From NCBI RefSeq assembly GCF_044704955.1, contig NC_091999.1:26598001-26662000 (forward strand): a stretch of 64,000 bases of DNA, read 5' to 3'. The stretch is from Pristiophorus japonicus (Eukaryota). Positions within the stretch are counted from its first letter, which is position 1. Every line of letters starts with the position of its first letter. Below, piece after piece: positions 38,505 through 52,390 of the stretch. The position numbers and the translations under genes were made by a program. The notes under the pieces are model-generated. The model saw only the letters and a program-made list of their open reading frames with translations. It made no database searches and was not told where the DNA came from.

Positions 38505-38632
38505 CTGTAAAAATAATCAAAATATCCCGAGGATCAATCCTCGGGAAATGATTCCTGACTCTGTAAAATTTCAGAGAGAGACTCGCACTGAGACAGTAAC
38601 AATGAGAGAATTGGACAATAAAAACTACTCAC

Positions 38633-38678
38633 GGGAAAGTAAAGCCAGCAACAGAACGAAAGCAATCGCCGACCTCAT
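38633..38678 (-). CDS. VH leader exon (MRSAIAFVLLLALLS-R)
   Basis: Signal peptide, donor C|gtgagt, 128-bp intron to the V exon. Confidence 0.92.
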
Positions 38679-38769
38679 CCTCCTGGCAATGTGTGGTGAC
38701 TGGTTCCAGCAAGAACTCACTGAGCAAACCCACTCCCAGACTGTTGTATTGCGCTCCCAGTGGCCGGCA

Positions 38770-38853
38770 GCTAAATACCTGGGAGATGGGGGCGAGGTTA
38801 AAGACGCCACCCATTGCTTCCCTGATAGAAGCGGTTTCTGGATCCACGTCACT
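38770..38853 (-). promoter_or_regulatory. VH promoter: TATA-like TATTTAG and CRE-like decamer AGTGACGTGG; no octamer
   Basis: Motifs at 38771-38777 and 38844-38853; shark VH promoters are known to carry a TCR-Vbeta-like CRE decamer rather than the octamer. Confidence 0.6.
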
Positions 38854-40391
38854 TCTTCCACATCACCAACAGAATGGACTCACATCTGGACTGTAAATTA
38901 AATCCCTTTATTCCTCACTCTTTCACAGGGGATGTAAATCTTTGAGATTGAATTACATTATCAGGATCTAATGACACGGCCAGTTTGTGCTTTTACATCT
39001 CCCGCTATCTATCCATGCAACTGTACCAATAAAGTATCCCCTATAATCTGAATTGATATCACTCTATGTAACCGAGTGCGGTAGATGGGTAATGTGATTC
39101 TATTTACAGTGTACTTGGCTGAAGCTACACTTTTGTTCTGGAGATGAGATCATACTCCTCACATTATACAATTGTCTCTCACTGCATTTCACTAACTGCC
39201 CCTGAGTCTGTGACTCTAAGACAGCCGTTTGTAAATTTAGCTGTAAAATAAGTCTGCTTGTCTGATGATTAAGGAGTGAGTTGACGAAGACACATAAGAA
39301 AGTGGGGGCCGCCCGCTTCAGACCAGCGTTTTATGAGAGAAGCTGGTGAATCAGAATCGATAATGTGATCAGCAAACCTTGACATCCAAATCCTTGCCGC
39401 TAACTTTAATAGCGACCGAATGTGTAACAGACACGGGTAACAGGAACACGGTGTATCAGGACATAGTGGTATCTTACAGAATATCACAGGAATAAATGCT
39501 TCATCTCCAGCAGAAACAGAGATCACAATCTGGGCCTTTCACCACCCACTGGTAGCCGGGCTATGAGAGGGCTTGTTCAGGGATCCAAATCAGTTCAAGT
39601 TACACCGCACCCTGCGCGGCTACTGATCACGAATAATGGAGACATGTGTTTAGACCAGGCTCAAAATTCTGTGAGAATATTAAAGAAGTGCAGCTGGCAC
39701 TTCTCTGTGAGAATATTCAAGGCAATTCAACCTGTTTTAGTTACTTTGCGAATCCCACTCATCTCATTACAGTGTGGGGTGAGGACATTAAACGTCTCTC
39801 CAGCACTTCATGCTGTACTGAATAAATCGATTGAAAGATTTAGAATGGTCTTTATTTGGAAATAGTTTTCATTAGGTACCGTGTGGATCAATTCATTATT
39901 TTCAGATCCTGTTTTGTAATATTGTGAGCATGCAATTTACGTAAAATCATTCTTGAGATGTTATACTATGGAAAATGTTTCTTATTTTAAAAGTTCGACT
40001 GAATAATGTAATATTTAAATAGTTAAATACCATATTTCTCTCATTCTTGTTCACGCTAATCTGACCCGCACAATATTTGGCAGTAACCCAACCGACTGCC
40101 GTCAGCGAGCCTCGAACACCAGTGTCATTTTCAGGAAGCATCTGGGGTTCTGTGCACTCCATCAAAGGCCAGTTTTCTCACTACTGACCGCATGCCTGGA
40201 AGCCAACTTCAAAACATTTACATTGACAAAAGACCTATTTATATACACATCTACCCAATAACAGAACTGGTGTTAAGTTAAATTTTTTCGTTGTGTAAAT
40301 GTGTGTAACTGTTCACATATTGCAGGAAAGGAAATATATGCAAAGTCTCAGACACCATGTCAGTCGCAGCAGTCAGCTGGATTATCAGTAC

Positions 40392-40584
40392 NNNNNNNNN
40401 NNNNNNNNNNNNNNNNNNNNNNNNNNNNNNNNNNNNNNNNNNNNNNNNNNNNNNNNNNNNNNNNNNNNNNNNNNNNNNNNNNNNNNNNNNNNNNNNNNNN
40501 NNNNNNNNNNNNNNNNNNNNNNNNNNNNNNNNNNNNNNNNNNNNNNNNNNNNNNNNNNNNNNNNNNNNNNNNNNNNNNNNNNNN
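40392..40584. other. Assembly gap (N run)
   Basis: Ns. Confidence 1.
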
Positions 40585-40589
40585 GAGAT

Positions 40590-42330
40590 AGAAAGAGGGA
40601 CCCCACAAAGATCAGTGCTGGGTCCACTATTGTTCACAACTTATATTAACAATTTAGATTGAATGACGGAACAGGCTCGCTGAACCATATGGCCTATTCC
40701 TGCTCCCAATTCTTATGTTCTTATGTTGTGATTTCCGAGGAAATATGGACATAAGATACTCAATCTCTCCTGATAGAACAGCCCCCCGCCCCCGCCGCCG
40801 TCCCAGGAATCAGATCAGTCTGATGAACCTTAGATGCACTCCGTCCAAGGCAAGTATATCCTTCCTTAGATAAGTAGAACAAAACTGTACACGATACACC
40901 AGGTGTAGTCTCAGCAGAGCCCTATATAAGTGCATGAAGGCTTCTTTTTACTAATACTCCAATCCCTTTGCAATAAAATGTTGCTTTCCATTTGCTTTCC
41001 TAATTGCTCACTTTGGCTCCATGTTAGCTTTCTGTGATTCGTGCACAAGGCCATCCAGGTCTTTCTGAATAAGAACATTACCCAGTTTCTCAGCATTCAA
41101 AAAATATTCTGCATCTCTATTTGTCCTACCAAGGTGCGGAACTTCACACTTCTCCTATTATACTCAATCTGCCATGTTCATGCCCACTCACTTAACCTGT
41201 CAATATCCCTTTGCAGCCTCCTTACTTCTTCCTCACTGTTTACTGTCCCACCTACCTTTGTATTGTAAATTACGCTAATTTAAGTCATCTTTCTATACAC
41301 GTGTAGAAGCTCTAACAATCTGTTTGTAGATTTTTGATAGCTTATTTAATTTTATATTTTCTCCCATATTATCAGTTGCATGTGCATCTTTTGCAGAATT
41401 CCAAAATCTTCCCAATTTTCGGGCTTACTACTCTTTTTGTCAACATTCCATGGCTGTTAATTTAATCTAATACTATCTTTAACTTCCCTTGTTAGCCACG
41501 GTTGCACCATTGTTCCTGTGAGGTTTTTATTCATTGTGGAAGTTTATCTAATCTGACGGCTCTGTATGATGAGCTGAAGGTGAATTTGCAATAATAATTT
41601 TGCTAATTCCGCCCTTGATACTTCCTGATCATCTGCACCTCTTGTGGTTTGTTCTAAAAAATCCTCTGGGTAAACGTTCAAACAAGTTATTGTAGTGGGT
41701 GTTATGAATCATGTTTAAAGTAAGCTCTGGAGCTTGCAGTAGATGTCTTTTATCAGAAGGTGGCGACAGTGATCATATTGATACATGAGTCATGTGGAGA
41801 CGGATATTGCTGAGCATTTCAGTCACCGTCCGTTTTGTCAAAACAAGTAAAACAATATAATTAATGCTTCTCAGTCAGTCAAATTTAAAGGGAGCATGTA
41901 TCCTTAGAAATAATCTGAAGGGCAAATAAAGATTGCATTTTTTTCAATCCACATTTTAAGAAGATTGTCAGCCTCTTGTCGAGGATGCAGAGGAGATTGG
42001 TGCAAGGCATGAGGGAGTTCAGTTTTGTGGAGACGAGAGAGGATGGGTTCATTCTTATTATAGCAGGGAATGCTTAGGGGAGAATTAACAGATGTTTTCA
42101 AAATTGTGAAGGGGTTTCATTGAGTTGATAGTAAGGTGGGGATTCTATCGGCAGGTCTATCGGTAACCAGAACACAAAGATTAAGATGAATGAAAAAATA
42201 AATCCAGACGGGAGATAAGGAGATTTTTTATGCAGCGAGTTGTAATAACCTGGAATGTACTCTCTGAAAGGGTGATGGCAGCAAATTTAATTATAACTTT
42301 CAAATAGGGAAATCAATATATATTTGAAAA
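40590..42330. mobile_element. Patchwork of degenerate CR1 fragments in both orientations, mixed with unassigned sequence
   Basis: PQRSVLGPLLF, (TTCTTATG) tail, minus-strand ORF2 C-terminal homology at 40800-41270. Confidence 0.65.
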
Positions 42331-42339
42331 GGAAAGATG

Positions 42340-44885
42340 ATCTGGTGTAATAAAGAGAGAGACAGTGTCGAGGATAATATAAACAGTGACAATGCCTGGC
42401 GTATTATAAAAAGAGACAGGGTGTCGTGTGACATAAACTGAGACAGTGTCTACTGGAATATAAACAGAGACAGGGTCTAGTGTAATACAAACAAAGACAG
42501 GGTCTAGTGTAATATAAACAGGGATAGTGTCAGAAGGAATATAAACAAAGATAGTGTCTGGTGTAATGTAAACAGAGACATGGTCTAGTGTAATATAAAC
42601 AGAGACAGGGTCTAGTGTAATATAAACATAGAGAGGGTCTAATGTAGTATAAACAGAGACAGTGTCTAGTATTTTATAAAAAGAGACAAGGTCTAGTGTA
42701 TTATAAACAGAGACAGCGTCTAGTGTAATATAAACAGGGATAGTGTCTGGAAGAATATAAACAGCGACTGGGTCTTGTGTGATATGAACAGAGACAGGGT
42801 CCAGTGTAATATAAATAGAGACAGGGTCTAGTTTAATATAAAGACGGATAGTGTCAGAAAGAATATAAAAAGAGGCAGTGTCTGGTGTAATATAAACAGA
42901 GACATGGTCTAGTGTAATATAAACATAGACAGGATCTAGTGTAATACAAACAGAGACAGGGTCTAGTGTAATATAAACAGGGATAGTGTCAGAAAGAATA
43001 TAAACAGATGCAATGTCTGGTGTAATATAAACAGAGACATGGTCTAGTGTAATATAAACAGAGACAGGGTCTAGTTTAATATAAACAGAGATATAGGGTC
43101 GAGTCCAATATAAACAGGGATAGTGTTAAGAAGAATATAGACAGAGACAGTGCCTAGTGTAATATAAACAGAGACAGGGTCTAGTGTATTATAAACAGAG
43201 ACAGGGTGTAGTGTAATATAAACAGGGATAGTGTCTAGTATATTATAAAAAGAGACAAGGTCTAGTGTATTATAAACAGAGACAGCGTCTAGTGTAATAT
43301 AAACAGGGATAGTGTCTGGAAGAATATAAACAGCGACAGGGTCTTGTGTGATATGAACAGAGACAGGGTCCAGTGTAATATAAATAGAGACAGGGTCTAG
43401 TTTAATATAAAGACGGATAGTGTCAGAAAGAATATAAAAAGAGGCAGTGTCTGGTGTAATATAAACAGAGACATGGTCTAGTGTAATATAAACATAGACA
43501 GGGTCTAGTGTAATACAAACAGAGACAGGGTCTAGTGTAATATAAACAGGGATAGTGTCAGAAAGAATATAAACAGAGGCAATGTCTGGTGTAATATAAA
43601 CAGAGACATGGTCTAGTGTAATATAAACAGAGACAGGGTCTAGTTTAATATAAGCAGAGATATAGGGTCGAGTCCAATATAAACAGGGATAGTGTTAAGA
43701 AGAATATAGACAGAGACAGTGCCTAGTGTAATATAAACAGAGACAGGGTCTAGTGTATTATAAACAGAGACAAGGTGTAGTGTAATATAAACAGGGATAG
43801 TGTCTGGAAGAATATAAACAAAGACAGGGTCTAGTGTAATATAAACAGAGACAGGGTCTTGTGTAATGCAAACAGAGACAGTGTCTAGTGTAATATAAAC
43901 AGGGATAGTGTCAGAAAGAATATAAACAGAGGCAGTGTCTGGTGTAATATAAACAGCGACATGGTCTAGTGTAATAAAAACAGAGACAGGGTCTTGTTTA
44001 ATATAAACAGAGACTGGTTCGAGTCCAATATAAACAGGGATAGTGTTAAGAAGAATATAGACAGAGTCAGTGTCTAGTGTAATATGAAGAGAGACAGGGT
44101 CTAGTGTAAAATAAACAGAGACAGGATCCAGTTTAATATAAACAGAGACAGGGTCCAATATAATATGAACTGGAAGAGGGTCTAGTGTAATGTAAACAGA
44201 GGCAAGGTCTAGTTTAATATAAACAGAGACAGTGTCTAGTACAAAATAAACAGAGACAGGGTCTAGTGTAATATAAACAGAGACAGAGTCTAGTGTAATA
44301 TAAACAGGGATAGTGTCTGGAAGAATATAAACAGAGACAGTGTCTAGTGTAATATAAACAGAGACAGGGTCTAGTTTAATATAAACAGAAACAGGGTCCA
44401 GTGTAATATAAACAGAGACAGGGTCTAGTAGAATATAAACAGAGACAGGGTCTAGACTAATATAAACAGAGACAGTCTCTAGTGTTATATGAACTGGGAG
44501 CGGGTCTAACGTAATGTAAACAGAGGCAGGGTCTAGTATAATATAAACAGAGACAGGGTCTAGTACAATATAAACAGAGACAGGGTCTAGTGTAATATAA
44601 ACTGGGACAGGGTCTAGTGTAATAGAAACAGAGACAGGGTCCAGTGTAATAAAAACAGAGACAGTGTCTACTGTAATATAAACAGAGACAGGGTGTAGAC
44701 TAATATAACAGAGACAGTGTCTAGTGTAATATAAACTGGGACAGAGTTGAGTGTAATATAAACAGAGACAGGGTCTAGTACAATATAAGCAGAGACAGGG
44801 ACACGGGTAATATAAACAGAGACAGCGTCTCGTGTAATATTAACAGGGACAGGGTCTTAAGAGAGACAGGTTCTAGTGTAATATT
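42340..44885 (+). repeat. 27-bp minisatellite (GTCTAGTGTAATATAAACAGAGACAGG)n with ~569-bp higher-order duplication
   Basis: Direct periodicity; variant block at 42661 recurs at 43230. Confidence 0.95.
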
Positions 44886-45049
44886 AGATAGAAGTACAGA
44901 TAGATGGATAGAAGTACGAATCGACGGTCGGACGGACAGACGAATGGACCGACCGACCGAATGACAGACAGATAGACAGTCAGACAGACATGAAGATTCG
45001 CATGGCTGGAATGTTACTATCAAATTATTCCAGGCATTCTATATGTTTA

Positions 45050-45939
45050 AATTACTCTGGACCCTGTTTAATTATAACTACATCTGATCATCTCTCTTTT
45101 CGGATTGCACAAGGCCCTGTCTCAGTTATTACTGCACTAGTCTCGGGATCAATTTTATTTCTGTGGATACTGTCTCAGTTACACTGCACTAGACCCTGTC
45201 TCTGTTTATATTATTCTCGGCTCTGTATCAGTTATCACAGTACTGGACCCTCCGTTATATTACATTAGACCCATTCTCAGTTACTACTGAACTAGACGCT
45301 GTCTCTGTTTATATGACCGTACACCATGTTTTTGTCAATATTTCACTAGTTCCTGTCTCTCTTTATATTACACTCGACATGTCTCAGTTTATATTGCACT
45401 AGAAAATGTCAATGTTTCTACTAAAGAGCTCATGTATTAGTTAGTATTAGAGCACGTTATTCTTTGTTATATTATGTTGGACCCTGTCACTATTTATATT
45501 ATACTATCCCCTGTCTCTTTATAATAGATTGGTCCTGTCTCTGGTTATATTACACTAGACCCTGTCTCTGTTTATATTACACTCGACCCTGTCTCTGTTT
45601 ATATTATACTAGACTCTGTATTTTTTACATTACACTAGACACGGTCTCTGTTTATATTACACTAGACACTGTCTCTGTTTATATTACACTAGACCCTGTA
45701 TTTTTTATATTACACTAGACATTGTCTCTGTTTATATTACACTAGAGCCTTTATTTTCTATATTACACTAGACACTGTCTCTGTTTATATTACACTAGGC
45801 CCTGTCTCTGTTTATATTACACTAGACGCTGTGTCTTTTTATTTTACACTGGTCCCTGTCATTGTAGATATTACACTATATCATCTCTCTGTCTATGTTA
45901 CACTTGGACGTGTCTCGGTTATTACTGCACTAGACCCTG
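45050..45939 (-). repeat. Same 27-bp minisatellite in inverted orientation
   Basis: TACACTAGACCCTGTCTCTGTTTATAT units; further units at 48298-48445. Confidence 0.9.
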
Positions 45940-46169
45940 GGGTATAGATGTGTCTATATAGGTTAAATCGAGCAATCCATTTGGCTGAGGGTCAGACGTC
46001 GCACTGATGTAGCTATGGCGACCAAATCACGTTGATGACGTTGCTTTGTTGTAAACAATTACGTCACCCATTGTTTACGTGTTGCTGACGTGATGATGTC
46101 AAACAGGTAAACACGAAATGCAATATACAGGAAGTTGCACTGACAAAATCAATTTTCTGCGATAGTGAT

Positions 46170-46660
46170 GTCACACTGTGCCATCAAACATTCCCAGGGC
46201 AGGTACAGCGCGGGCCTATGCAAAGAAAAGCTCCGTCGATGCTGTCCCATCAAACACTCCCAGCTCAGGTACAGCACGAGTCGAAAAACAATAAAGCTCC
46301 CTCTACACCGTCACATCAAACACTCCCAGGGCAGGTACAGCACGGTTTAGATAGAGAGTAAATCTTGCTCTACACCGTCCCATCAAACTCTCCCAGGGCA
46401 GGTACAGCTCTGGTCTATGCAGAGTAAAGCTCCCTCCACACTGTCCCAGCAAAGACTCCCAGGGCAGGTACAGCACGGGTAAGCTATGGAGTAAAGCACC
46501 CTCTACACCGTCCCATCAAACTCTTCCAGAGCAGGTACATCACTCGTCTATGCAGAGCAAAGCTCCATCGAAACAGTCCCATTAAACACTCACAGGGCAG
46601 GTACAGCACGGAGTTAGATGCAGAGTAAAGTTCCCGCTACAGAGTCACATCAAACACCCA
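46170..46660. repeat. ~65-bp satellite array (~7 copies)
   Basis: CTGTCCCATCAAACACTCCCAGGGCAGGTACAGCACGG...GAGTAAAGCTCCCTCTACAC repeats. Confidence 0.85.
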
Positions 46661-47459
46661 AGATCATTGAGTTCACACGACATATTTTATTATAAAGCTG
46701 CCTCTCCGCACACCCACCAATTTGGTTTGAGGCCTGGAAATAGACCTTAGAGAACATTTTTGTTAGACATTGACTTCTTATTGTGAGGTAAAAATAATGA
46801 CGCATTCTTTAGAGGCAAGTCAAAAGGTGGGGATAGTAGAGAGAGGCAGAGAGGGAGGGGATACAGAGAATTGCCACGAATACATTTGAGCTGTTACTAT
46901 ATACGGTGACTAGAATCTTGCCCCATTCTGGCCGCAGATAACATCGTTGATTTGTTCACCAATAACTGAAAAAAATATCACAAACATCAATTGTTGCTGG
47001 AATCCGTTGAGACATTAGCGTTTCTTTATCTGTTTATTTCTATTCTGTCGTTCACTATTCTAATCTGGGTCTTCTATTTCTGCGTTTATTTACATAAACA
47101 CCTCACAGGTTTCCATGAAGTGTTCATGGCAGCAAAAGCAGATCCACAAAGTCATTTATTGATTAGTTTTAACTCACAGCACGGGTTTATTTTATGAATA
47201 TTGGTAGTTGGTACATAGAAATGGAAATATCTCCAGCTGTGACATCGGTTTTTGGTTTGTTCAATTAGAAGAGATGTGATTTATATCAAAGGGAACATAT
47301 TAAAATTAATAATTCAATTCTGAAAATTCTGCTACCAATGTCAATGGAACCTCGCTGAACAGATCAGTAATTCACTGAATGTCCATTTAGCTTAAGAATC
47401 CAGCCACTTAAACTAAACAAGTTAAAACAGCGACCAGAGGAGTCACCCATTGCAACGTG

Positions 47460-47930
47460 TATTTTAAATGTTGACGTTTAGAAATAACTTTCACGACTTT
47501 CACGTCCTCAGAATGTCCAAAAGTGCTTTATAATGAAGTATGTTTGAAGTGTAGTCACTTTTATAATGTAGGAAACATGGAGTCAAATTGCACACAGCAA
47601 GCTCCCACAAACATAATGTGATAATAACCACAGAATCTGTGCTTTAGCGATGCTGGTTAATGGATAAATATGTGTAATGGACTTCGGGGTGAACTCCCCT
47701 GCTATTTAAAATAGTGCCATTCAATCTCTTACATCCAACTGTGAGTGAAGACTCAGCAGATGTAACGTCTCATCCGAAAGACTGCTCCACCGTCAATATA
47801 GCCCCCCCTCCCCTTCTCCTTCGGTACTGGTACCGGGAGTGCCAGCCGAGATTAGGTGCTCAGCCTCTGGAGAGGGGTTGAGAACCCACAGCCTTCTCAC
47901 TCAGAGGTGAGAGTGATCCCATTGTACCGG
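47460..47930 (-). mobile_element. Deu-domain SINE copy
   Basis: Reverse complement of motifs in 29505-29940 (GCACACAGCAAGCTCCCACAAAC). Confidence 0.65.
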
Positions 47931-48445
47931 GGCTTTAGCACGTCACAGCTTAATTTTGTAGACTTTGTCATTTAGTTCAGAGTGTCCAAAGTTTAGTGCC
48001 TGAGTCGAGTCTTACACAATCGGTTTAATTCCCGGGGATAATGCTCTTATCTTGCCTGGGATGATATTCTGGCACTGTTGTAAAATGGGATCAAATCTTA
48101 GCGACTCCTCATCTGGATGTTCATGAGGTGCATCAGTAGAACAGCTGGAAACTGGGACGGTGCTCCTTATATCCGAGAATGTTAAGGCAGATTTAATAGT
48201 GGCGATCAAAATTATGAGGAGTTTTAATCAAGTAAATAGTTAGAAACCTTTACCACTGGTAGGACGGACAGTAACCACAAGCCAGAGATTTAAAATGTAT
48301 TACTGCACTAGACCCTGTCTCTGCTGAGATTACAATCGACCCTGTCCCTGCTTACATTGCACTAGACCCTGTCTCTGTTTATATTACACGAGACCCTGTC
48401 CCTATTTTCATTACACGAGACCCTGTCTCTATTTATATTACAGTC

Positions 48446-51400
48446 GCTTAAACAAAGGGGACTACAGTGGGATGATGGCAGAGTTGTCTAAAGTACACTG
48501 GAAAGGCAGACTAAACGGTGGCACAATTGAGGAACAGTGGAGGACTTTTAAGGAGCTATTTCATAATGCTCAACAAAAATATATTCCAGTGAAAATTAAG
48601 GGCGGTAAGAGAAGGGATAACCAGCCGTGGATAACCAAGGAAATAAAGGAGAGTATCAAATTAAAAACCAATGCGTGTAAGGTGGCCAATGTTAGTGGGA
48701 AACTAGAAGATTGCGAAAATTTTAATCGACAGCAAAGAATGATTAAGAGAGCAATAAAGAAAGGAAAGGTAGATTACGAAAGTAAATTTGTGCAACACAT
48801 AAAAACAGATAGTAAAAGCTTTTACCGATATATAAAACGGAAAAGAATGACTAAAGTAAATGTTGGTCCCTCAGACGATGAGAAGGTGGATTTAATAATG
48901 GGAAATGTGGAAATGGCTGAGACCCTAAACAATTATTTTGCTTCGGTCGTCTCAGTGGAAGACACAAAAATCATTGCAGAAATTACTGGTCACGGGAATG
49001 TGAGAAGGGAGGACCTTGAGATAATCACTATCACAACGGGGATAGTGCTGGATAGGCTAATGGGACTCAAGGTAGACAAGTCCCCATGTCCTGATAAAAT
49101 GCATCCCAGGGTATTAAAAGACATGGCGGAAGTTATAGCATATGCATTCGTTATTATCTACCAAAATTCTCTGGACTCTGGTGAGGTCCAGCGGATTGGA
49201 AAGCAGCTAATGTAACGCCTCTGTTTAACAAAGGGGGCAGACAAAAGGCAAATAACTATAGGCCGGTTAGTTTAACATCTGTAGTGGGGAAAATGCTTGA
49301 AGCTATCATTAAGGAAGAAATAGCGGGACATCTAGATAGGAATAGTGCAATAAAGCAGACGCAACATGGATTCATGAAGGGGAAATCATGTTTAACTAAT
49401 TTACTGGAATTCTTTGAGGATATAATGAGCATGGTGGATAGAGATATACCGATGAATGTGGTGTATTTAGATTTCCAAAAGGCATTCGATAAGGTGCCAC
49501 ACAAAAGGTTACTGCAGAAGATAAAGGTACGTGGGGTCAGAGGAAATGTATTAGCATGGATAGAGAATTGGCTGGATAACAGAAAGCAGAGAGTCGGGAT
49601 AAATGGGTCCTTTTCGCGTTGGAAACCGGTGGTTAGTGGTGTGCCACAGGGATCGGTGCTGGGACCACAACTGTTTACAATATACATAGATGACCTGGAA
49701 GAGGGGACAGATTCAATCAAGTTAGTCAGACATGACCTTCCCTTAACAAATCCGCGCGGACTGTTCCTGATTAATCCATGTCTTTCCAAATGAAGATTTT
49801 TCCTGTCATTCAGGATTTTTCCAAAACAAATTCCCACCACTGAGGTTAGGCTGACAGGCCTTTAATAAATCGATCCATCCTTGCTCCCTTTTTAAACAAA
49901 GGTTAAACATTAGAGGTCCTCCAGTCCTCTGGCACCACACCTGTAGCCAGTGCGGATTGGAAAATGATGGTCAGAGCCTCTGCTATTTCCTCTTTTGCTT
50001 CTCTTAACAGCCTGAAATACATTTCATCTGGGCCTGGGGATTTATCCACTTTCAAAGCTGCTAAGTCCCTTAATACTTCTTCTCTAACTATGTTTACCTC
50101 GTCCAATATTTCACACTCCTCCCTCATTGCAAAATCTGCAACGCCCCTCTCTTTTGTGAAAACAAATGCAGGGTATTGATTAAGAATGATAGTCACATCT
50201 TCTGCTTCCACACAGATTTCCTTTGTGGTCTCTAATAGGCCGCATTCTTTCTCTAGTTATCCTCTTAAGGTATTTATAATGTCTACCTGTCCTGAAACCT
50301 TCATGGGTCTGTGGATATGCACTCCTAGGTCTCTTTATTCATCTACACTTCTCAGTAATCTACGATTCATTATGTATTCCCTTGCCTTGTTAGCCCTCCC
50401 CAAATGCAAGACCTCACACTACCGCGGATTGAAGTCCACTTGCTACTATTCTGCCCACCTGATCAGTCCATTGCTATCTTCCTGCAGTCTAGAGCTTTCT
50501 TCTTCATTATCAACCACAAGGCCAATTTGTGTGTCATCTGCATACTTCCTAATCATACCCTATAGATTCAAGTCCAAATTATTGATAAAAAAGGGACCTG
50601 GTAGTGAGCCCTATGGATTCCCCACTGGAGACAGCCTTCCAGTCTCAAAAACACCCATCAACCATTAACCTTTGCTTCCTGACTCTGAGCCAATTTTGGA
50701 TCCAACTTGCCACTTTGCCTTGTATCCCAATTGCTTATAATTTTGTGACCAGTCTGCCTTGTGGGACTTTATCAAAATAGTTGCTAGAATTCATATACGC
50801 TACATCAAATGCACTGCCCTCATTAAATTTTTTGAGGGGATATACAGGAGAGTCAATCGGTAGACAGACCCGACTTTCCCTTAACAAATCCATGCTGAAT
50901 GTCCTTGATTAATCCGTGTCTTCCCAAATGAAGATTTATCCTATCCCTCAGCATTTTGTCCAAAAATGTTCCCACCAACGAGCTGAGGCTCTCCCCAGCT
51001 TGTAGAGGAACTAGGTCCCAGCTTTGTTCAGGTGCAACCCGACTGGCTTGTCCAGGTCCCACCGCCCCCAGAAACAGTCGCAATACCACATAAATTTAAA
51101 GTCTTCCCTCCTGCATCGTCTCAAGCCACATATTCACCTGCTCGATCCTCCTATTTCTATACTCACTAGCACGTGGTACTGGGAGTAATCTGGCGATTAC
51201 TACTTTTGAGGTCCTGTTTTTTAGTCTCCTTCCCAGCTCCCTTAAAACTGCCTGAAGGACGTCATCCCTCTTTCGACCTTTGTCATTGCTGACAATATAG
51301 ACCACGACTTCTGGCTATTCACACCCCTCCCCCCGGTTCCCTCACAATGTCCTGCAACCTTTTAACGACAAACCTTGACCCTGGCACCAGGGAGGCAATA

Positions 51401-52075
51401 ACTATCTTGGAGTCACGTCTGCAGCCGCCAAACGTCCTTATTACTAGGGGGATCAAGGTGTATGGCGAGAACGCAGGAATGGGGTACTGAAGTTGCATGT
51501 TCAGCTATTAACTCATTGAATGGCGGTGCAGGCTAGAAGGGCCGAATGGCCTAGTCCTGCAACTATTTTCTATGTTTCTATGTCTGTCTATTCCCCATGT
51601 ATCAAGTGACCTACCACTATTGCTCTTCCACTCTTCTTCCTTCCCTTCTGTGCAGCTGAGCCAAACATGGTTCCGTGGACTTGGCACTGGCTTCACTCCC
51701 CAGAGCAACCATCGTGCTCCTCATTAACCTGAACTGAAAAGCGGTTAATGAGTCAGGGGATTCCTGTCCTACATGTCAGTTCCTCCTTGCCTGTCTGACG
51801 ATCTTCCATTCCCTCTATGCCTGCACAATTTAAACTGCTGGGTGACTACCTCCTGAAATGTGGTGTCCTCAAAGCTCTCAGCTTCACGGATAGACTGCAT
51901 TGACGCTAGCAACCGGTCAAGCTGCGAAACCCGGAGCTCAAAATGCACCCTTATGATATGGAATCGATATGGGTAGAGCTGCAGAACACCAAATGGCAAT
52001 ACACGTTAGTGGGAGTTTTGTACAGACATATAAACCGTAGTAGTGATGTTGGGGAGGGCATCTTACAGGTAATTA
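48446..52075. mobile_element. Nested, rearranged CR1 fragments (+: 48446-49710, 51440-51585, 51945-52075; -: 49711-51430, 51585-51940)
   Basis: ORF2 RT motifs and ORF1 esterase pieces with abrupt orientation switches. Confidence 0.85.
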
Positions 52076-52124
52076 GGGAGCTGGCGACACTTCCCGCAAC
52101 GTGGTCATCCAGATGTTCCCACAT

Positions 52125-52390
52125 GGCCCAGTATGTGTATTCCATGGGACTTTGCTGCCTGACCAGGATGTACATTCCATGGGACTGAGCTGCCTGCCCA
52201 GGATGCGCATTCCATGGGACTGAGCTGCCTGCCCAGGATGTGCATTCCGTGGGACTGAGCTTCCCTGCCCAGTATGTACATTCCATGGGACTGAGCTGCC
52301 TGCCCAGGATGTGCATTCCATGGGACTGAGCTGCCTGCCCAGGATGTGCATTCCATGGGACTGAGCTGCCTGCCCAAGATATACATTCTC
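52125..52390. repeat. 35-bp minisatellite (CATTCCATGGGACTGAGCTGCCTGCCCAGGATGTG), ~7 copies
   Basis: Direct periodicity. Confidence 0.92.

Noticed and set aside
23135-38678. IgW or IgNAR assignment
   Set aside because: Four C exons match shark Cmu1-4 motifs and the V has IgM-type framework with full FR2
40278-40662. ORFs spanning the N run
   Set aside because: Artefacts of the assembly gap
43640-44158. 172-aa repetitive ORF (and similar ORFs at 52.0-52.6 kb and 57.3-58.5 kb)
   Set aside because: Read-through of minisatellite units
42340-45939. Regular repeats resembling a CRISPR array or an Ig switch region
   Set aside because: No unique spacers, eukaryotic context, lies upstream of V, and sharks lack canonical switch regions
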